A stretch of DNA of 64,000 nucleotides. Origin: an uncultured delta proteobacterium. Its GTDB lineage: Bacteria > Myxococcota > Myxococcia > Myxococcales > Anaeromyxobacteraceae. A program made the position numbers and the translations under genes. The notes below the pieces were generated by a model. That model saw only the letters and a list, made by a program, of their open reading frames with translations, had not been told where the DNA came from and did not search any database. Position 1 is the first letter of the stretch, and the number at the start of each line of letters is the position of its first letter. The DNA lies in NCBI GenBank assembly GCA_963814585.1, contig CAWFDF010000008.1:576001-640000 (forward strand), given 5' to 3'. Positions 18,754 through 32,128 of this stretch are shown here, piece after piece.

Positions 18754-19392
18754 TCACCCCCTGTTGACGCCGGCGAGATCGGTGCCCACCATCCCGGACC
18801 GGAACGAGCGGGGGTCGATCCGCGTCAGCCGGCCCTCCTGCGCCGGCGTCAGCAAGGGCCGGTGAGGGCCGTCGTCGAGCCGCTCCGCGAGGCGCGGCGC
18901 CGCGGCCTCGTCGAACTCCCAGCGAAGCCGATCGAAGCGGCGCAGGTCGAGCGGGCGCGCCGAGTAGGCGCGCAGGGTCCGCTGCCTCCTCAGGCTGTAG
19001 TAGGGCTCGAAGTAGCTGAGCGCGAGCTCGCGCAGCGTCCGGTGGATCGGCTCGCGGTAGCGCAGGCCGGCGAAGTTGGACTTGGCGAGCGCGCCCCAGG
19101 CCCCGTCCACCTTGAACACGGCGAGGACGTGGTCGTCGTCTCGGGTGGCCCGGAGGTCGAGCAGCAGCGGCGGGTGGCCATGGAAGCGGAGCGCCGCAGC
19201 CGCCAGCAGGGCGCCGTCGAAGCAGTGGGCGCGCCGCTCGGCGAGGGCGCGACGAGGTGATGCCGGGGCATCCTCGGTCCGGTAGGCGAACTGGTCGATC
19301 AGGTCCTGGATGCGCCGCGGGGTCGAGAGGCGGCGCAGGGCGGCGCGCTCGGCGCGGCTCCAGGGCTGGGGGTGGGGGCGTGGGTCGGTCAT
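18754..19392 (-). CDS. Conserved transglutaminase-like hypothetical protein
   Basis: HCFDGALLAAAAL, DDDHV and WGALAKSN suggest a Cys-His papain/transglutaminase-like core. Confidence 0.65.
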   Translation of the reverse strand: MTDPRPHPQPWSRAERAALRRLSTPRRIQDLIDQFAYRTEDAPASPRRALAERRAHCFDGALLAAAALRFHGHPPLLLDLRATRDDDHVLAVFKVDGAWGALAKSNFAGLRYREPIHRTLRELALSYFEPYYSLRRQRTLRAYSARPLDLRRFDRLRWEFDEAAAPRLAERLDDGPHRPLLTPAQEGRLTRIDPRSFRSGMVGTDLAGVNRG

Positions 19393-19559
19393 GGGCGGGG
19401 CGAGAACGTACCCTCCCCGGCGCCGCCACGTCGAGCAGGACCCGGCGGAGCACCAGGAGCACGGCGGAATGCCGGCAGGAGCTCCACACTCCGGGCGCGA
19501 GGTGTGCCAATATCCGCGCCCGTCGCGGCGCCCTCCTGGCGCCCTGGAGGCTCTGGATC

Positions 19560-20192
19560 ATGAACAAGAACCTGTTGCTCGGCGCCGTCGGTGGCCTGCT
19601 GATCGGCATCCTCGTCGGCTACACCATCGGCCTCTCCAAGGGGATGAGCGAGGCCCAGAAGCTGCTCGGATCCGCCCCGCTCCCGGCCTTCGACGCGGCG
19701 CCGCCGATGCCGGCCGGCATGCCACCTGGCGTGCCTGCCGGGATGCCGGCGCCCGGTCCTTCGCCGGAGGTCTTCCAGCGCATCGAGATGAACCAGAAGC
19801 TGGCCGCCAGGGATCCCAAGCAGGTGGGCGTCTGGATCCAGCTCGGCAACGACTACTTCGACACCAGGCAACACCAGAAGGCCATCGACGCCTACGCCAA
19901 GGCGCTGGCCCTCGACCCCAACAACCCCGACGTGCTGACCGACCAGGGGGTCATGTACCGGGACACCGGCCGCTTCGACGAGGCCATCGCCAACTTCGAG
20001 AAGGCCAACAAGATCGACCCCAGGCACGTGCAGAGCGCCTTCAACCTGGGGGTGGTCTGGGCCAACGACAAGCACGACGGCGCCAAGGCGGCGGCCGCCT
20101 ACAAGAAGGTCATCTCCATCGCCCCCAACAGCCCGCAGGCCAGCGAGGCCCGCAGGGCGCTGGCCGGCCTCACCCAGGGTCAGCAGAGGTGA
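19560..20192 (+). CDS. Membrane-anchored TPR protein
   Basis: N-terminal TM; TPRs WIQLGNDYFD..KAIDAYAKALALDP and DQGVMYRD..AIANFEKA. Confidence 0.88.
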   Translation: MNKNLLLGAVGGLLIGILVGYTIGLSKGMSEAQKLLGSAPLPAFDAAPPMPAGMPPGVPAGMPAPGPSPEVFQRIEMNQKLAARDPKQVGVWIQLGNDYFDTRQHQKAIDAYAKALALDPNNPDVLTDQGVMYRDTGRFDEAIANFEKANKIDPRHVQSAFNLGVVWANDKHDGAKAAAAYKKVISIAPNSPQASEARRALAGLTQGQQR

Positions 20193-21283
20193 CGGGCCCG
20201 GAGCGCCCGGCGCCTCCCGCCTCCGCGGCAGGCGCCACGCTCCTCATCTACGGGGCCAACGGCTACAGCGGCGAGCTGATGGCACGGCGCGCGGTGCAGC
20301 GCGGCCTGCACCCCGTCCTCGCCGGCCGGACCGCCGGGCCGGTGCAGCGGCTGGCGGCCGAGCTGGGGCTTCCGCACCGAGTCTTCTCACTCGACGATCC
20401 GGCCGCGATCGACGCCGGCCTGGAGGGAGTGGCCGCGCTGCTCCACGCCGCCGGCCCGTTCTCGCGCACCTCGCGCCCCATGGCCGACGGCTGCCTGCGC
20501 CGCCGCGTCCACTACCTCGACATCACTGGCGAAGGCGCGGTCTTCGCGGCGCTGGCGCGGCGCGACGGCGAGGCCAGGGCGGCCGGCGTGACGCTGCTTC
20601 CCGGGGTCGGCTTCGACGTGATCCCGTCGGACGGCCTGGCCGCCCACCTGGCGCGCCGCCTCCCCGGAGCCGCGCGGCTCACGCTCGCCTTCAAGGGCAT
20701 CGGCCAGCCATCCCGGGGCACCGCCCTCACCGCGCTGGAGGGACTCCACCTCGGCGGGATGATCCGGCGCGGGGGGAAGCTCGTGCGCGTGCCGGCCGCG
20801 TGGCGGACCCGCGACTTCGACTTCGGCCGAGGCCCGCTCACCTGCATGACCATCCCCTGGGGCGACGTCTGGACCGCGTGGCACTCCACTGGCATCCCCG
20901 ACATCGAGGTCTACATGGCGGCGTCGCCTGGCATGCGCGCCTTCGCCCGGGCCTCGCGCTCCCTCGGCCCGCTGCTCGGGTCACGCCCGGTGCAGCGAGC
21001 GCTGCAGGCACTGGTCCGCTCCCGGCTCACCGGGCCGGATGCCGCGGCGCGCGCGCGCGGACGCTCGCTGCTCCACGGCGAGGTGGAGCACGCCGACGGC
21101 CGGCGCGCCTCGGCGCGGATCACCACGCCCGAGGCCTACGCCTTCACGGCGCTGGCCGCGGTCGAGTGCGCCGAGCGGGTGCTGGCCGGGCGCGCCCCCT
21201 CCGGCTTCCAGACCCCCTCGCTCGCCTTCGGCCCCGACCTGGCGCTCTCCATCGCCGGCGTCGAGCGCGTCGACCTCGAGTAG
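20189..21283 (+). CDS. Saccharopine dehydrogenase-like NADP-binding oxidoreductase
   Basis: IYGANGYSG, AGPF, HYLDITGE and GVGFDVIPSD; GTGA overlap with the TPR gene. Confidence 0.88.
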   Translation: MTGPERPAPPASAAGATLLIYGANGYSGELMARRAVQRGLHPVLAGRTAGPVQRLAAELGLPHRVFSLDDPAAIDAGLEGVAALLHAAGPFSRTSRPMADGCLRRRVHYLDITGEGAVFAALARRDGEARAAGVTLLPGVGFDVIPSDGLAAHLARRLPGAARLTLAFKGIGQPSRGTALTALEGLHLGGMIRRGGKLVRVPAAWRTRDFDFGRGPLTCMTIPWGDVWTAWHSTGIPDIEVYMAASPGMRAFARASRSLGPLLGSRPVQRALQALVRSRLTGPDAAARARGRSLLHGEVEHADGRRASARITTPEAYAFTALAAVECAERVLAGRAPSGFQTPSLAFGPDLALSIAGVERVDLE

Positions 21284-21409
21284 CTCGCCCTCCATTCGCG
21301 CCCGGCCGGCCCCTTCCACGACTCGCGTTGCCGGGGCGGACCTGCTAGGACCCCGCCACCACACGCCCCGGCGCGCGAGCCGCGCCCGGTGCGCCACCCT
21401 GGAGCCGTC

Positions 21410-22696
21410 GTGTCGACCTTTGCCCAGCTTGGACTCTCCGAGAAGTCGCTGCAGTCGCTGACCCGCGCCGGCTTCGAGCACCCCACGCCGATCCAGGCCC
21501 GCGCCATCCCGCCGGCCCTGGAGGGAAAGGACGTCATCGGCACCGCCGCCACCGGCACCGGCAAGACCGCGGCCTTCCTGCTGCCCATCATCGAGCGGCT
21601 GGCCGGCAAGCCGGGGACCCGCGCCCTGGTGCTGGCCCCCACCCGGGAGCTGGCGCTCCAGATCGGGGAGGAGCTGGAGCGCTTCGGCAAGGCCCGCCAC
21701 GTGCGCGGCGCCGTGGTGATCGGCGGCGTGGGGATGGGCCAGCAGGAGCGGGCCTTCCGGGACCGGATCGAGGTGATCATCGCCACGCCCGGCCGACTGG
21801 TCGATCTCCTCCAGCAGGGCCTGGCCCGGCTCGACCTGATCGAGGTGCTGGTGCTCGACGAGGCCGACCGGATGCTCGACATGGGGTTCAAGCCGCAGCT
21901 CACCAAGATCCTGCAGAAGCTCCCGCGCACCCGGCAGACGCTCCTCTTCTCGGCCACCACGGCGGGCGAGGTGGCCGAGTTCGCCCAGACCCACCTGAAG
22001 GCACCGGTGCGGGTCGAGGTGGCGCGCAGCGGCACCACCGCGGCGCGCGCCGAGCAGCGGGTCTTCCTCTGCGGGCAGGAGGAGAAGACCCCGCTCCTCC
22101 TGACCCTGCTGGCCGAGGACGACCTCTCCACGCTGGTCTTCACGCGCACCAAGCGGCGCGCCGATCGCGTCGCCAAGGCCGTGGAGCGTGCCGGCCACAA
22201 GGTGGCTCGCATCCACGCCGACCGATCGCAGGGGCAGCGCAAGCAGGCGCTCGACGGCTTCAAGGACGGCCGCTACCGGGTCCTGGTGGCCACCGACATC
22301 GCGGCGCGCGGCATCGACGTCGCCGACATCGGCCACGTGGTCAACTTCGACCTCCCGCACGTCCCGGAGGACTACGTCCACCGCGTCGGCCGGACGGCCC
22401 GCGCCGAGGCCAGCGGCCGAGCCTCCGCCTTCTGCGCCCCCGACGAGATCGACCTGCTGCGCGCCATCGAGCGGCTCACCCGGGTGCTGCTGCCGCGAGC
22501 CGAGGTGCCACGCGAGGCCGAGGTCTTCAGGTCAGAGCACGCCCGGGCCGAGGAAGGGCGCAAGCATCAGGGCACCCCGCCACACCGGCGCCCCGGCCCC
22601 GGCGGTGCCGGTGGCACCGGCCGCGGCGGAGGCGGGCGCGGCGGCGGCCGGGGCGGCTGGAAGGGCAAGCGCCCGGGCGGCAGGGCCTCGGCTTGA
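21410..22696 (+). CDS. DEAD-box ATP-dependent RNA helicase
   Basis: Q motif (PTPIQ), ATGTGKT, PTRELA, TPGRL, DEAD, SAT and HRVGRTAR; RGG tail. Confidence 0.96.
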   Translation: MSTFAQLGLSEKSLQSLTRAGFEHPTPIQARAIPPALEGKDVIGTAATGTGKTAAFLLPIIERLAGKPGTRALVLAPTRELALQIGEELERFGKARHVRGAVVIGGVGMGQQERAFRDRIEVIIATPGRLVDLLQQGLARLDLIEVLVLDEADRMLDMGFKPQLTKILQKLPRTRQTLLFSATTAGEVAEFAQTHLKAPVRVEVARSGTTAARAEQRVFLCGQEEKTPLLLTLLAEDDLSTLVFTRTKRRADRVAKAVERAGHKVARIHADRSQGQRKQALDGFKDGRYRVLVATDIAARGIDVADIGHVVNFDLPHVPEDYVHRVGRTARAEASGRASAFCAPDEIDLLRAIERLTRVLLPRAEVPREAEVFRSEHARAEEGRKHQGTPPHRRPGPGGAGGTGRGGGGRGGGRGGWKGKRPGGRASA

Positions 22697-23355
22697 CCTC
22701 GCCCGACCAGCTGGCTCGCTGGCGCGACTTCGTCCGGCGGCAGACGGCGCCGACGCCGGTGGCCCTGGTCCCCGAGATCTCGCTCTACCAGGCCACCGAG
22801 CTGACGCCGCTCTGGCACGCCACCTCGGCCCAGCTGGACCGGTACGACGCCTCGCCGTTCTGGGCCTTCCCGTGGGCGGGCGGCCAGGCCCTGGCCCGCC
22901 ACCTGCTCGACCGGTCGGAGCTGGTGCGAGGGCGACGGGTGCTCGACTTCGCCACCGGCTCGGGGCTGGTGGGGATCGCGGCGCTGCTGGCCGGCGCCGC
23001 CTCCGTCGACTCCACCGATCTCGCCCCGTTCTGCGAGGTGGTGGTCCCCATGAACGCCTCCCTCAACGGCGTGTCGCTCACGCCCCGGCTGGTCGACGTC
23101 ATGGGCCAGCCGGTCGACGGGATCGACGTGGTGCTGGCCGGCGACGTCTTCTACGAGCGGCCGCTCGCCGAGGCGTCGCTGGCCTGGTTCCGCGCCCTGG
23201 CGGCCCGCGGCGTGATGGTGCTGGTGGGCGATCCCGGCCGGCTCTACTCGCCCCGCCAGGGCGTCTCCGACCGGGCCTGCTTCGAGGTGCCGGTCTCGCT
23301 GGAGATCGAGGAGCGCTCCCCCATGCGCGCCTGGGTGCTCCAGATCCTCCCTTGA
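22693..23355 (+). CDS. Class I SAM-dependent protein methyltransferase (ETFbeta-KMT/PrmA-like)
   Basis: PFWAFPWAGGQALAR, VLDFATGSGLV, AGDVFYE and GDPGR. Confidence 0.85.
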   Translation: MTSPDQLARWRDFVRRQTAPTPVALVPEISLYQATELTPLWHATSAQLDRYDASPFWAFPWAGGQALARHLLDRSELVRGRRVLDFATGSGLVGIAALLAGAASVDSTDLAPFCEVVVPMNASLNGVSLTPRLVDVMGQPVDGIDVVLAGDVFYERPLAEASLAWFRALAARGVMVLVGDPGRLYSPRQGVSDRACFEVPVSLEIEERSPMRAWVLQILP

Positions 23356-23424
23356 GAGGAGCCCGCCGGGTGCGTCCCGTTCGGGGTTTGGCCGCTCTTC
23401 GCGAAGCGCCGTACAAGGGGCCTC

Positions 23425-26358
23425 ATGGATAACGCCTCCGAGGTCGCGCCGCCCCCTCCGCCCCGGCCCTGGCGCCGCCGGCTGATCCGCACCGCCATCG
23501 CGGCGGGCGTGCTGGTCGCCGTGACGGCCGTGCTCGGCTTCCTGGTGGCGCCCCGGGTGATCCGCAACGCGCTGGAGAAGGACGGGAGCGCCTTCCTGGG
23601 AAGGCGAGTGACCGTCGCCGAGGTCAAGGTCAACCCCTTCACGCTCACCATCGACGTGAACGGGCTGGTGGTCGCCGACCGGGATGCGCCCCGCCTGGTG
23701 GCCTGGGAGCAGCTCCACGTCCGCCTGGCGCCCTGGCGGCTCCTGCAGGGGCTCGCTGGCGTGGCCGAGGTGAGGCTCATCCGCCCCTTCTTCCGGACCG
23801 CGCTCGACGGCACCGGTCGGCTGAACGTGCAGGACCTGTTGGGAGAGGAGGGCGCGCCACCGCCCGTGACGCCTGGGCAGGAGCGGCGCCGCCGGCTGGG
23901 CGTGGCGCTCGACCTGCTGGAGGTCGTCGAGGCCCGGGTGGCCTTCGCCGACGCCACCCGCAAGCCCACGTTCGAGTCCGAGGCGGGGCCGCTCTCCTTC
24001 CGGATGGAGAACTTCAGGACCACCGGCGACACCGACAGCCCGTACTCGCTCCGGGGCGCCACCGAGGCCGGTGAGTCCTTCGCGTGGCAAGGAACCTTCC
24101 ACTCCGACCCGCTCCGCTCGGCCGGCACCATCTCCTTCCAGGGGCTGTCGCTCCCCAAGTACGGCCCCTACCAGGTCGACGCGGCCCCGGCGCTGCTGGT
24201 GGAGCGCGGGACCGCCTCGGTGGAGGCCCGCTACGCGCTGGAGCTGGGGACCGGGAAGCGCACCTTCACGGTGAGCGGGCTCTCGCTGCTGGTCGAGGAC
24301 CTGGTGCTGGCGCGCCGCCGGGACGCCAGCCGCGCCCTGGAGCTGCCGCGCGTGGAGGTGACCGGCGTCGACGTGGACCTGCTCGGGAAGACCGCCTCGG
24401 TGGCCGGCGTGAAGGTGACTGGCGGCCGGATCTCGCCCCGGCGGGAGCGAGATGGCCACTTCGCCCTCCTCGACATGCTGGAGACCACCCCCGGCCCCCC
24501 CTCCCCCTCCCCCTGGCGCTGGTCGGTGGCGACGGTGGCCGTCGAGCGGCTCTCGGTCGCCGCCGAGGACCTGCTGGCGCCCCGGCCGGTCCGCCTCGAC
24601 CTCTTCGACGTGAACGTCAGGCTCGACGGCCTGAGGCCGGACCCTGCGGCGGCCTGCCCGCTGGACGCCTCGTTCCGCGTCGGCGAAGGCGGGACCGTCT
24701 CGGTGAAGGGCACGCTCCGCCCGTTCGCCAGCGCTGGCGAGCTGGCGCTGGAGGTGGCCGGGCTCGACCTGGTGCCGGTCTCCCCCTACGCCGCGGACGC
24801 CACGCCGCTGCGCATGGCGGCCGGGACCCTCGGACTCAAGGCGCGGATCACCTTCGACGCCTCCGGCGCTGCCGCCCGCTGGACCGTCGCCGGCGACCTG
24901 CGGGTCGATGGCCTGAACCTTCGCCACCCCCGGCGAGACGAGGACCTGGTCCGCTGGCGCTCCCTGGAGCTGCTCGGCCTCGACGCCGCCTCGTCGCGCC
25001 GGGCCGCGGTGCGGGTGGTCCGGGTCACCGAGCCCAGGCTTCGCGCCGTCGTCTTCGAGGACGGCGCCACCGGCCTGGAGCCCACCGGTCCCGCGCCGGG
25101 CCAGGACGCCCCCGCTGCCAGGGCGGCCGCGGCGACGCCTCCTCCCGGCGCACCGGGCGGCGGCGCGCCGTGGCGCACCGCCGTCGGGCTCTTCCAGGTG
25201 GTGCGCGGGCGCGTCAGCTTCACCGATCGCTCGCTCCAGCCGCCGGTCCACGCCGCCCTCACCGACGTCGAGGTCCGCATCGCCAGCCTCTCGTCGGACC
25301 CGCAGGTCCGCTCCACGGTGGACGTCAAGGCGCAGGTGGATGGCGCCGCCCCGTTCACGGCAACCGGCACGCTCAACCCCCTGCGTCAGGAGGCCTTCAC
25401 CGACCTCGCGGTCACCGCCCGGGGCGTCGACCTGACGCCGCTCGGCCCCCTCGCCGGTCGGCACCTCGGCTACCTGATCCAGAAGGGGAAGCTCGACCTC
25501 GACCTGGCCTGGAGGGTCGAGGAGCGGCGGCTCAAGGCCGGCAACGTCGTCCGCCTCGACCAGTTCACGCTCGGCGAGGCCGTCGAGAGCCAGGAGGCCA
25601 CCTCGCTCCCGGTCCGCCTGGCGCTGGCCATCCTCACCGACAAGGACGGGGTCATCCTGCTCGACGTCCCCGTGGAGGGTCGCCTCGACGACCCGGAGTT
25701 CCGGCTCGGCCGGGTCATCTGGCACACCATCACCTCCCTGCTGGTCAAGGTGGCGGCCTCCCCGTTCAGCGCCCTGGCCTCGCTGGTTGGCGGCGGCCAG
25801 GACGACCTCTCGCTGGTCGAGTTCGCCCCGGGCGCGGCCGCGCTCGACGAGGCCGCCCTCAAGCGGGTCCAGCTGCTGGCCAGGTCGCTGGCGGAGCGGC
25901 CCCGGCTCAACCTCGAGCTGGACGGGGCCGCCGACCCCGCCGCCGACGGTGCCACCCTTCGTCGCGCCGGCCTGGAGCTGCTGCTGCGGCAGGCCAAGGC
26001 GGCGGCGCAGCGCCCGCCGGTGGCGGCCGACTCGGTGCAGGTGACGCCCGAGGAGCGACCCCGCTGGCTGGCCAGCGCCTGGGCATCCGCCAGCCCGCCC
26101 CCGCTGCAGCCGGCCGTCGCGGCCAGGCCGGGCGCGTCGCCGTCGTCACCGCCCGACGCGGCCGTCATGGAGGCGCGCCTGCTGGCCGGCGTGAGCCTCC
26201 CGCCGGAGGCGCTGGGCGAGCTGGCGGCCGCCCGGGCCCAGGCCGTCCGGGAGGCGCTGCTCGCGGCCGGCCTGGATCGGTCCCGCCTCTTCCTGGTGGA
26301 GGGTGGGGAGCGCGCCCGCAAGGAGCCGGCGCCACGGGTCTACTTCGGCGTCAGGTAG
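23425..26358 (+). CDS. DUF748-family (AsmA-like) envelope protein
   Basis: N-terminal TM, NPFTL, repeated beta-rich units, GKLDLDL, LDQFTLG, PVRLALAILTDKDGVILLDVPVEG, and an OmpA-like end. Confidence 0.85.
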   Translation: MDNASEVAPPPPPRPWRRRLIRTAIAAGVLVAVTAVLGFLVAPRVIRNALEKDGSAFLGRRVTVAEVKVNPFTLTIDVNGLVVADRDAPRLVAWEQLHVRLAPWRLLQGLAGVAEVRLIRPFFRTALDGTGRLNVQDLLGEEGAPPPVTPGQERRRRLGVALDLLEVVEARVAFADATRKPTFESEAGPLSFRMENFRTTGDTDSPYSLRGATEAGESFAWQGTFHSDPLRSAGTISFQGLSLPKYGPYQVDAAPALLVERGTASVEARYALELGTGKRTFTVSGLSLLVEDLVLARRRDASRALELPRVEVTGVDVDLLGKTASVAGVKVTGGRISPRRERDGHFALLDMLETTPGPPSPSPWRWSVATVAVERLSVAAEDLLAPRPVRLDLFDVNVRLDGLRPDPAAACPLDASFRVGEGGTVSVKGTLRPFASAGELALEVAGLDLVPVSPYAADATPLRMAAGTLGLKARITFDASGAAARWTVAGDLRVDGLNLRHPRRDEDLVRWRSLELLGLDAASSRRAAVRVVRVTEPRLRAVVFEDGATGLEPTGPAPGQDAPAARAAAATPPPGAPGGGAPWRTAVGLFQVVRGRVSFTDRSLQPPVHAALTDVEVRIASLSSDPQVRSTVDVKAQVDGAAPFTATGTLNPLRQEAFTDLAVTARGVDLTPLGPLAGRHLGYLIQKGKLDLDLAWRVEERRLKAGNVVRLDQFTLGEAVESQEATSLPVRLALAILTDKDGVILLDVPVEGRLDDPEFRLGRVIWHTITSLLVKVAASPFSALASLVGGGQDDLSLVEFAPGAAALDEAALKRVQLLARSLAERPRLNLELDGAADPAADGATLRRAGLELLLRQAKAAAQRPPVAADSVQVTPEERPRWLASAWASASPPPLQPAVAARPGASPSSPPDAAVMEARLLAGVSLPPEALGELAAARAQAVREALLAAGLDRSRLFLVEGGERARKEPAPRVYFGVR

Positions 26359-26360
26359 GG

Positions 26361-26389
26361 TTGACAAGGATGCGCGAACGGACGATAAC
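26361..26389 (+). promoter_or_regulatory. Probable sigma70 promoter of the tetR-RND operon
   Basis: Perfect TTGACA at 26361-26366, 17-nt spacer, weak -10 GATAAC, and ATG at 26399 with no SD. Confidence 0.55.
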
Positions 26390-26398
26390 GCGCCGCGA

Positions 26399-27040
26399 AT
26401 GAGCGTTCGCGTCGCCACCTCCTCCGCCCGGTCGCGGCAGCGGCAGGCCCATGAGCGGGTCCGCCGCGAGATCCTGATGGCCGCGGCGGCGGTCTTCGCG
26501 CGGCACGGCTACGCCGCCGCCACCCTGGCCGACCTGGCCGAGGCGGCCGGCTACGCCCCGCCCTCCCTCTACCGGTACTTCGAGAGCAAGGAGGAGATCT
26601 TCTCCAGCCTCATCCAGCTGCTGAAGCGGGAGCTGTTTGCCACCTTCGAGCTCCCCGTCGACCGCGACCTGCCGCTGGCGGCCCGGCTCGAGGCGCTGCT
26701 GCGCGCCCAGTTCGCGCTGATGCGCGACCGGCGCGAGGTCTTCGCCGTCCTGCTGGCGAGCCGGCCGGCTGCCGATCCCGGGGAGCCGCCGATGCCCGAC
26801 CTGCGCGCCGGGATGGCCCTCTACGAGTCGCACATCGCCGGGTGGCTGCGCCGCCACGTGGCCCGCCGCGAGCTGCGCTGCCCGGTGGAGCTGGCCGCCC
26901 GCGCCTTGACCGGCCTCTCGCACGCCTTCCACAGCTGCCACGTGGGCGGCCACCGCGAGTCCACGGTCGCCGAGCAGGCCAGGCAGGTCGTCGAACTCGC
27001 CCTCCACGGCGTCCAGGCCGCCGCCCCTTCGTCGCACTGA
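26399..27040 (+). CDS. TetR/AcrR family regulator
   Basis: ILMAAAAVFARHGYAAATLADLAEAAG..SLYRYFESKEEI HTH. Confidence 0.93.
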   Translation: MSVRVATSSARSRQRQAHERVRREILMAAAAVFARHGYAAATLADLAEAAGYAPPSLYRYFESKEEIFSSLIQLLKRELFATFELPVDRDLPLAARLEALLRAQFALMRDRREVFAVLLASRPAADPGEPPMPDLRAGMALYESHIAGWLRRHVARRELRCPVELAARALTGLSHAFHSCHVGGHRESTVAEQARQVVELALHGVQAAAPSSH

Positions 27041-27065
27041 GCCATCGAACCCAGGAGTCCTCGAC

Positions 27066-28151
27066 ATGCACGGCCGTCACCTCTTCCCCGCCGCCATCGC
27101 CGCCCTCGCGCTCGCCGCCTGCGGCCACAAGTCCGACAAGGCGGCGCTCCCCGACGCCGGGACCCCGACCCGCGCCGTCAAGGTCACGAAGCCCACCACA
27201 CGGCTGGAGACCGGCCTGGCGCGGGCCACCGGCCCCATCCGGGCCCGCGAGGACGCGGTGCTCGCGGCCAAGGGCTCGGGGCAGATCAAGCGGGTGCTCG
27301 TCCAGGTGGGCGACCGGGTCAAGGCCGGCCAGCCGCTGGTGGAGATGGACGCCGCCATGCAGGCCATCGGCACCGAGAACGCCCGGGCCGCGCTCAAGGT
27401 GGCCGAGGCCAGCCTGGCCTCGGCGCAGCGTGAGCTGAAGCGCGGCCAGGAGCTGAGCGAGCAGCAGGTGCTGCCCGAGGCCAGCTTCGACCGCCTCAAG
27501 ACCGGCGCCGAGATGGCCGCCGCGCAGGCCGAGCAGGCGCGGGCCGGCCTGCGGGCCGCCGAGCAGCAGCTGGCCGACTCGGTCATCACCGCCCCCTTCA
27601 CCGGCGTGATCACCGGCCGCTTCAAGAACGCGGGCGACTCGGTCACCGCCATGCCGCTCACCCCCATCGTCTCCATCGCCGACGTCGACCACCTCGAGGC
27701 CCGGCTGGCCGTGCCCGAGGGCGTGGAGCCCTTCGTCAAGGTCGGCCAGAAGGTCACCGGCGTCACCACCCCGGGCGCCCAGAGGTTCGAGGCGGTGGTC
27801 CGGGTCAAGAACGCCGTGGTCGACCCCGGCAGCCGGACCATCGAGGTGCTGGCCGACGTGATCAAGGTGGAGGGGGTGCCGCTCCGCCCCGGCACGCTGG
27901 CCAACGTCGACTTCGGCGGCTTCGGCGACCGGGACGGGCTCTACGTGCCGTCCAGCGCCGTCCAGGCCGCCGGCAACGAGGCCTGGGTCTTCGTGATCGT
28001 GAACGGCAAGGCCGAGAAGCGCGCCATCAAGCCGGTGCAGGTGAACCCCGGCACGGTGGCGGTGGAGGGCGGGCTCGACGCCAGCGCCGCCGTCATCCTC
28101 GACCCTGGAACGCTGGCGGCGGGCGACGCGGTCGCCCCGCTGGCCGACTGA
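27066..28151 (+). CDS. RND efflux periplasmic adaptor (MFP) lipoprotein
   Basis: Lipobox LAAC; GDRVKAGQPL, ITAPFTGVI and LRPG. Confidence 0.93.
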   Translation: MHGRHLFPAAIAALALAACGHKSDKAALPDAGTPTRAVKVTKPTTRLETGLARATGPIRAREDAVLAAKGSGQIKRVLVQVGDRVKAGQPLVEMDAAMQAIGTENARAALKVAEASLASAQRELKRGQELSEQQVLPEASFDRLKTGAEMAAAQAEQARAGLRAAEQQLADSVITAPFTGVITGRFKNAGDSVTAMPLTPIVSIADVDHLEARLAVPEGVEPFVKVGQKVTGVTTPGAQRFEAVVRVKNAVVDPGSRTIEVLADVIKVEGVPLRPGTLANVDFGGFGDRDGLYVPSSAVQAAGNEAWVFVIVNGKAEKRAIKPVQVNPGTVAVEGGLDASAAVILDPGTLAAGDAVAPLAD

Positions 28152-28179
28152 CGCGGCGCCCGCCCGCCCCGGAGCCGCC

Positions 28180-31306
<3,127 letters not shown>

Positions 31307-31366
31307 GGCCCCGACGGCCGAGGGGCGGACGCGGGCTGGTGGCCACCTGAGCGGCGCGCCTCCGGC

Positions 31367-31906
31367 CTACTTCTTGGGGTGGGCGTGCGCCCTCGGCAGG
31401 TACGAGGCGTCGGCCGTGGGGTGGCACTTCGCGCAGAACTCGGCGGTCTGGAAGATCAGCCCGGCCGCCTTGGCCGCGGCCGGGTTCTTCATCACCGAGG
31501 CCTTGGCGTACTCCGACCCGTTGCCGTGGCACCCCTCGCAGTCGAGGGCCTTGCGGGCGTGGCCGGACTTGACCCAGGAGTCGTACTGGAGCTTGTGGCA
31601 GGTCCGGCACTGGCCGGCGCCGAGCTTCTCGCGCTGCGGTGGCGGAGGCGCCTTCCCGACCGTGGACGCCGGTGGCCGGGTGACGGCCCTCTCCGTGGCC
31701 GGAGGCCTGGCCTGGGCAGCCGGCGCCGGCGCCGAACCGGGTTGCTGCGGCGCGGTCGCCGGGACCGACGGGGGTGGTGGTGCCGGCGCCTCGGCAGGTG
31801 CCTTCGCCACCGGCTGCGATGCCTTCGGCGCCTGCTCACCGCACCCGCTCGCGAACAGGGCGAGCACCGAGAAGGCCGTGAGACGGGCTGAGCGTGTCGT
31901 GCACAT
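31367..31906 (-). CDS. Triheme c-type cytochrome lipoprotein
   Basis: Lipobox FASGC, Pro-rich linker, then CRTCH, CEGCH and CAKCH; an alternative start lies at 31933. Confidence 0.85.
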   Translation of the reverse strand: MCTTRSARLTAFSVLALFASGCGEQAPKASQPVAKAPAEAPAPPPPSVPATAPQQPGSAPAPAAQARPPATERAVTRPPASTVGKAPPPPQREKLGAGQCRTCHKLQYDSWVKSGHARKALDCEGCHGNGSEYAKASVMKNPAAAKAAGLIFQTAEFCAKCHPTADASYLPRAHAHPKK

Positions 31907-32128
31907 GAAGAACGTCGGTCCTTTCGCTGCCACCGGCTGACGCCAGCGAGCTTACCCGGTCCCGGGCCACCGCCCAAGCAGGCCGCGACGCTCCGGCCCG
32001 GCCGGGGAATGACGACGCACCGCGTCCGACGATTCCCGTGCCCGGTGACACTGGCATGACACCGCCTCCGTAGCCTCGCTCCCCTCGACGCCCGCATCCA
32101 CCCTCCTCGCGGGCCCAGGAGCGAGCAC

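Noticed and set aside
19494..19510. Minus-strand TTGGCACACCTCGCGC as a sigma54 promoter
   Set aside because: Spacing fits but the -12 element is poor, and such matches are common at this GC content.
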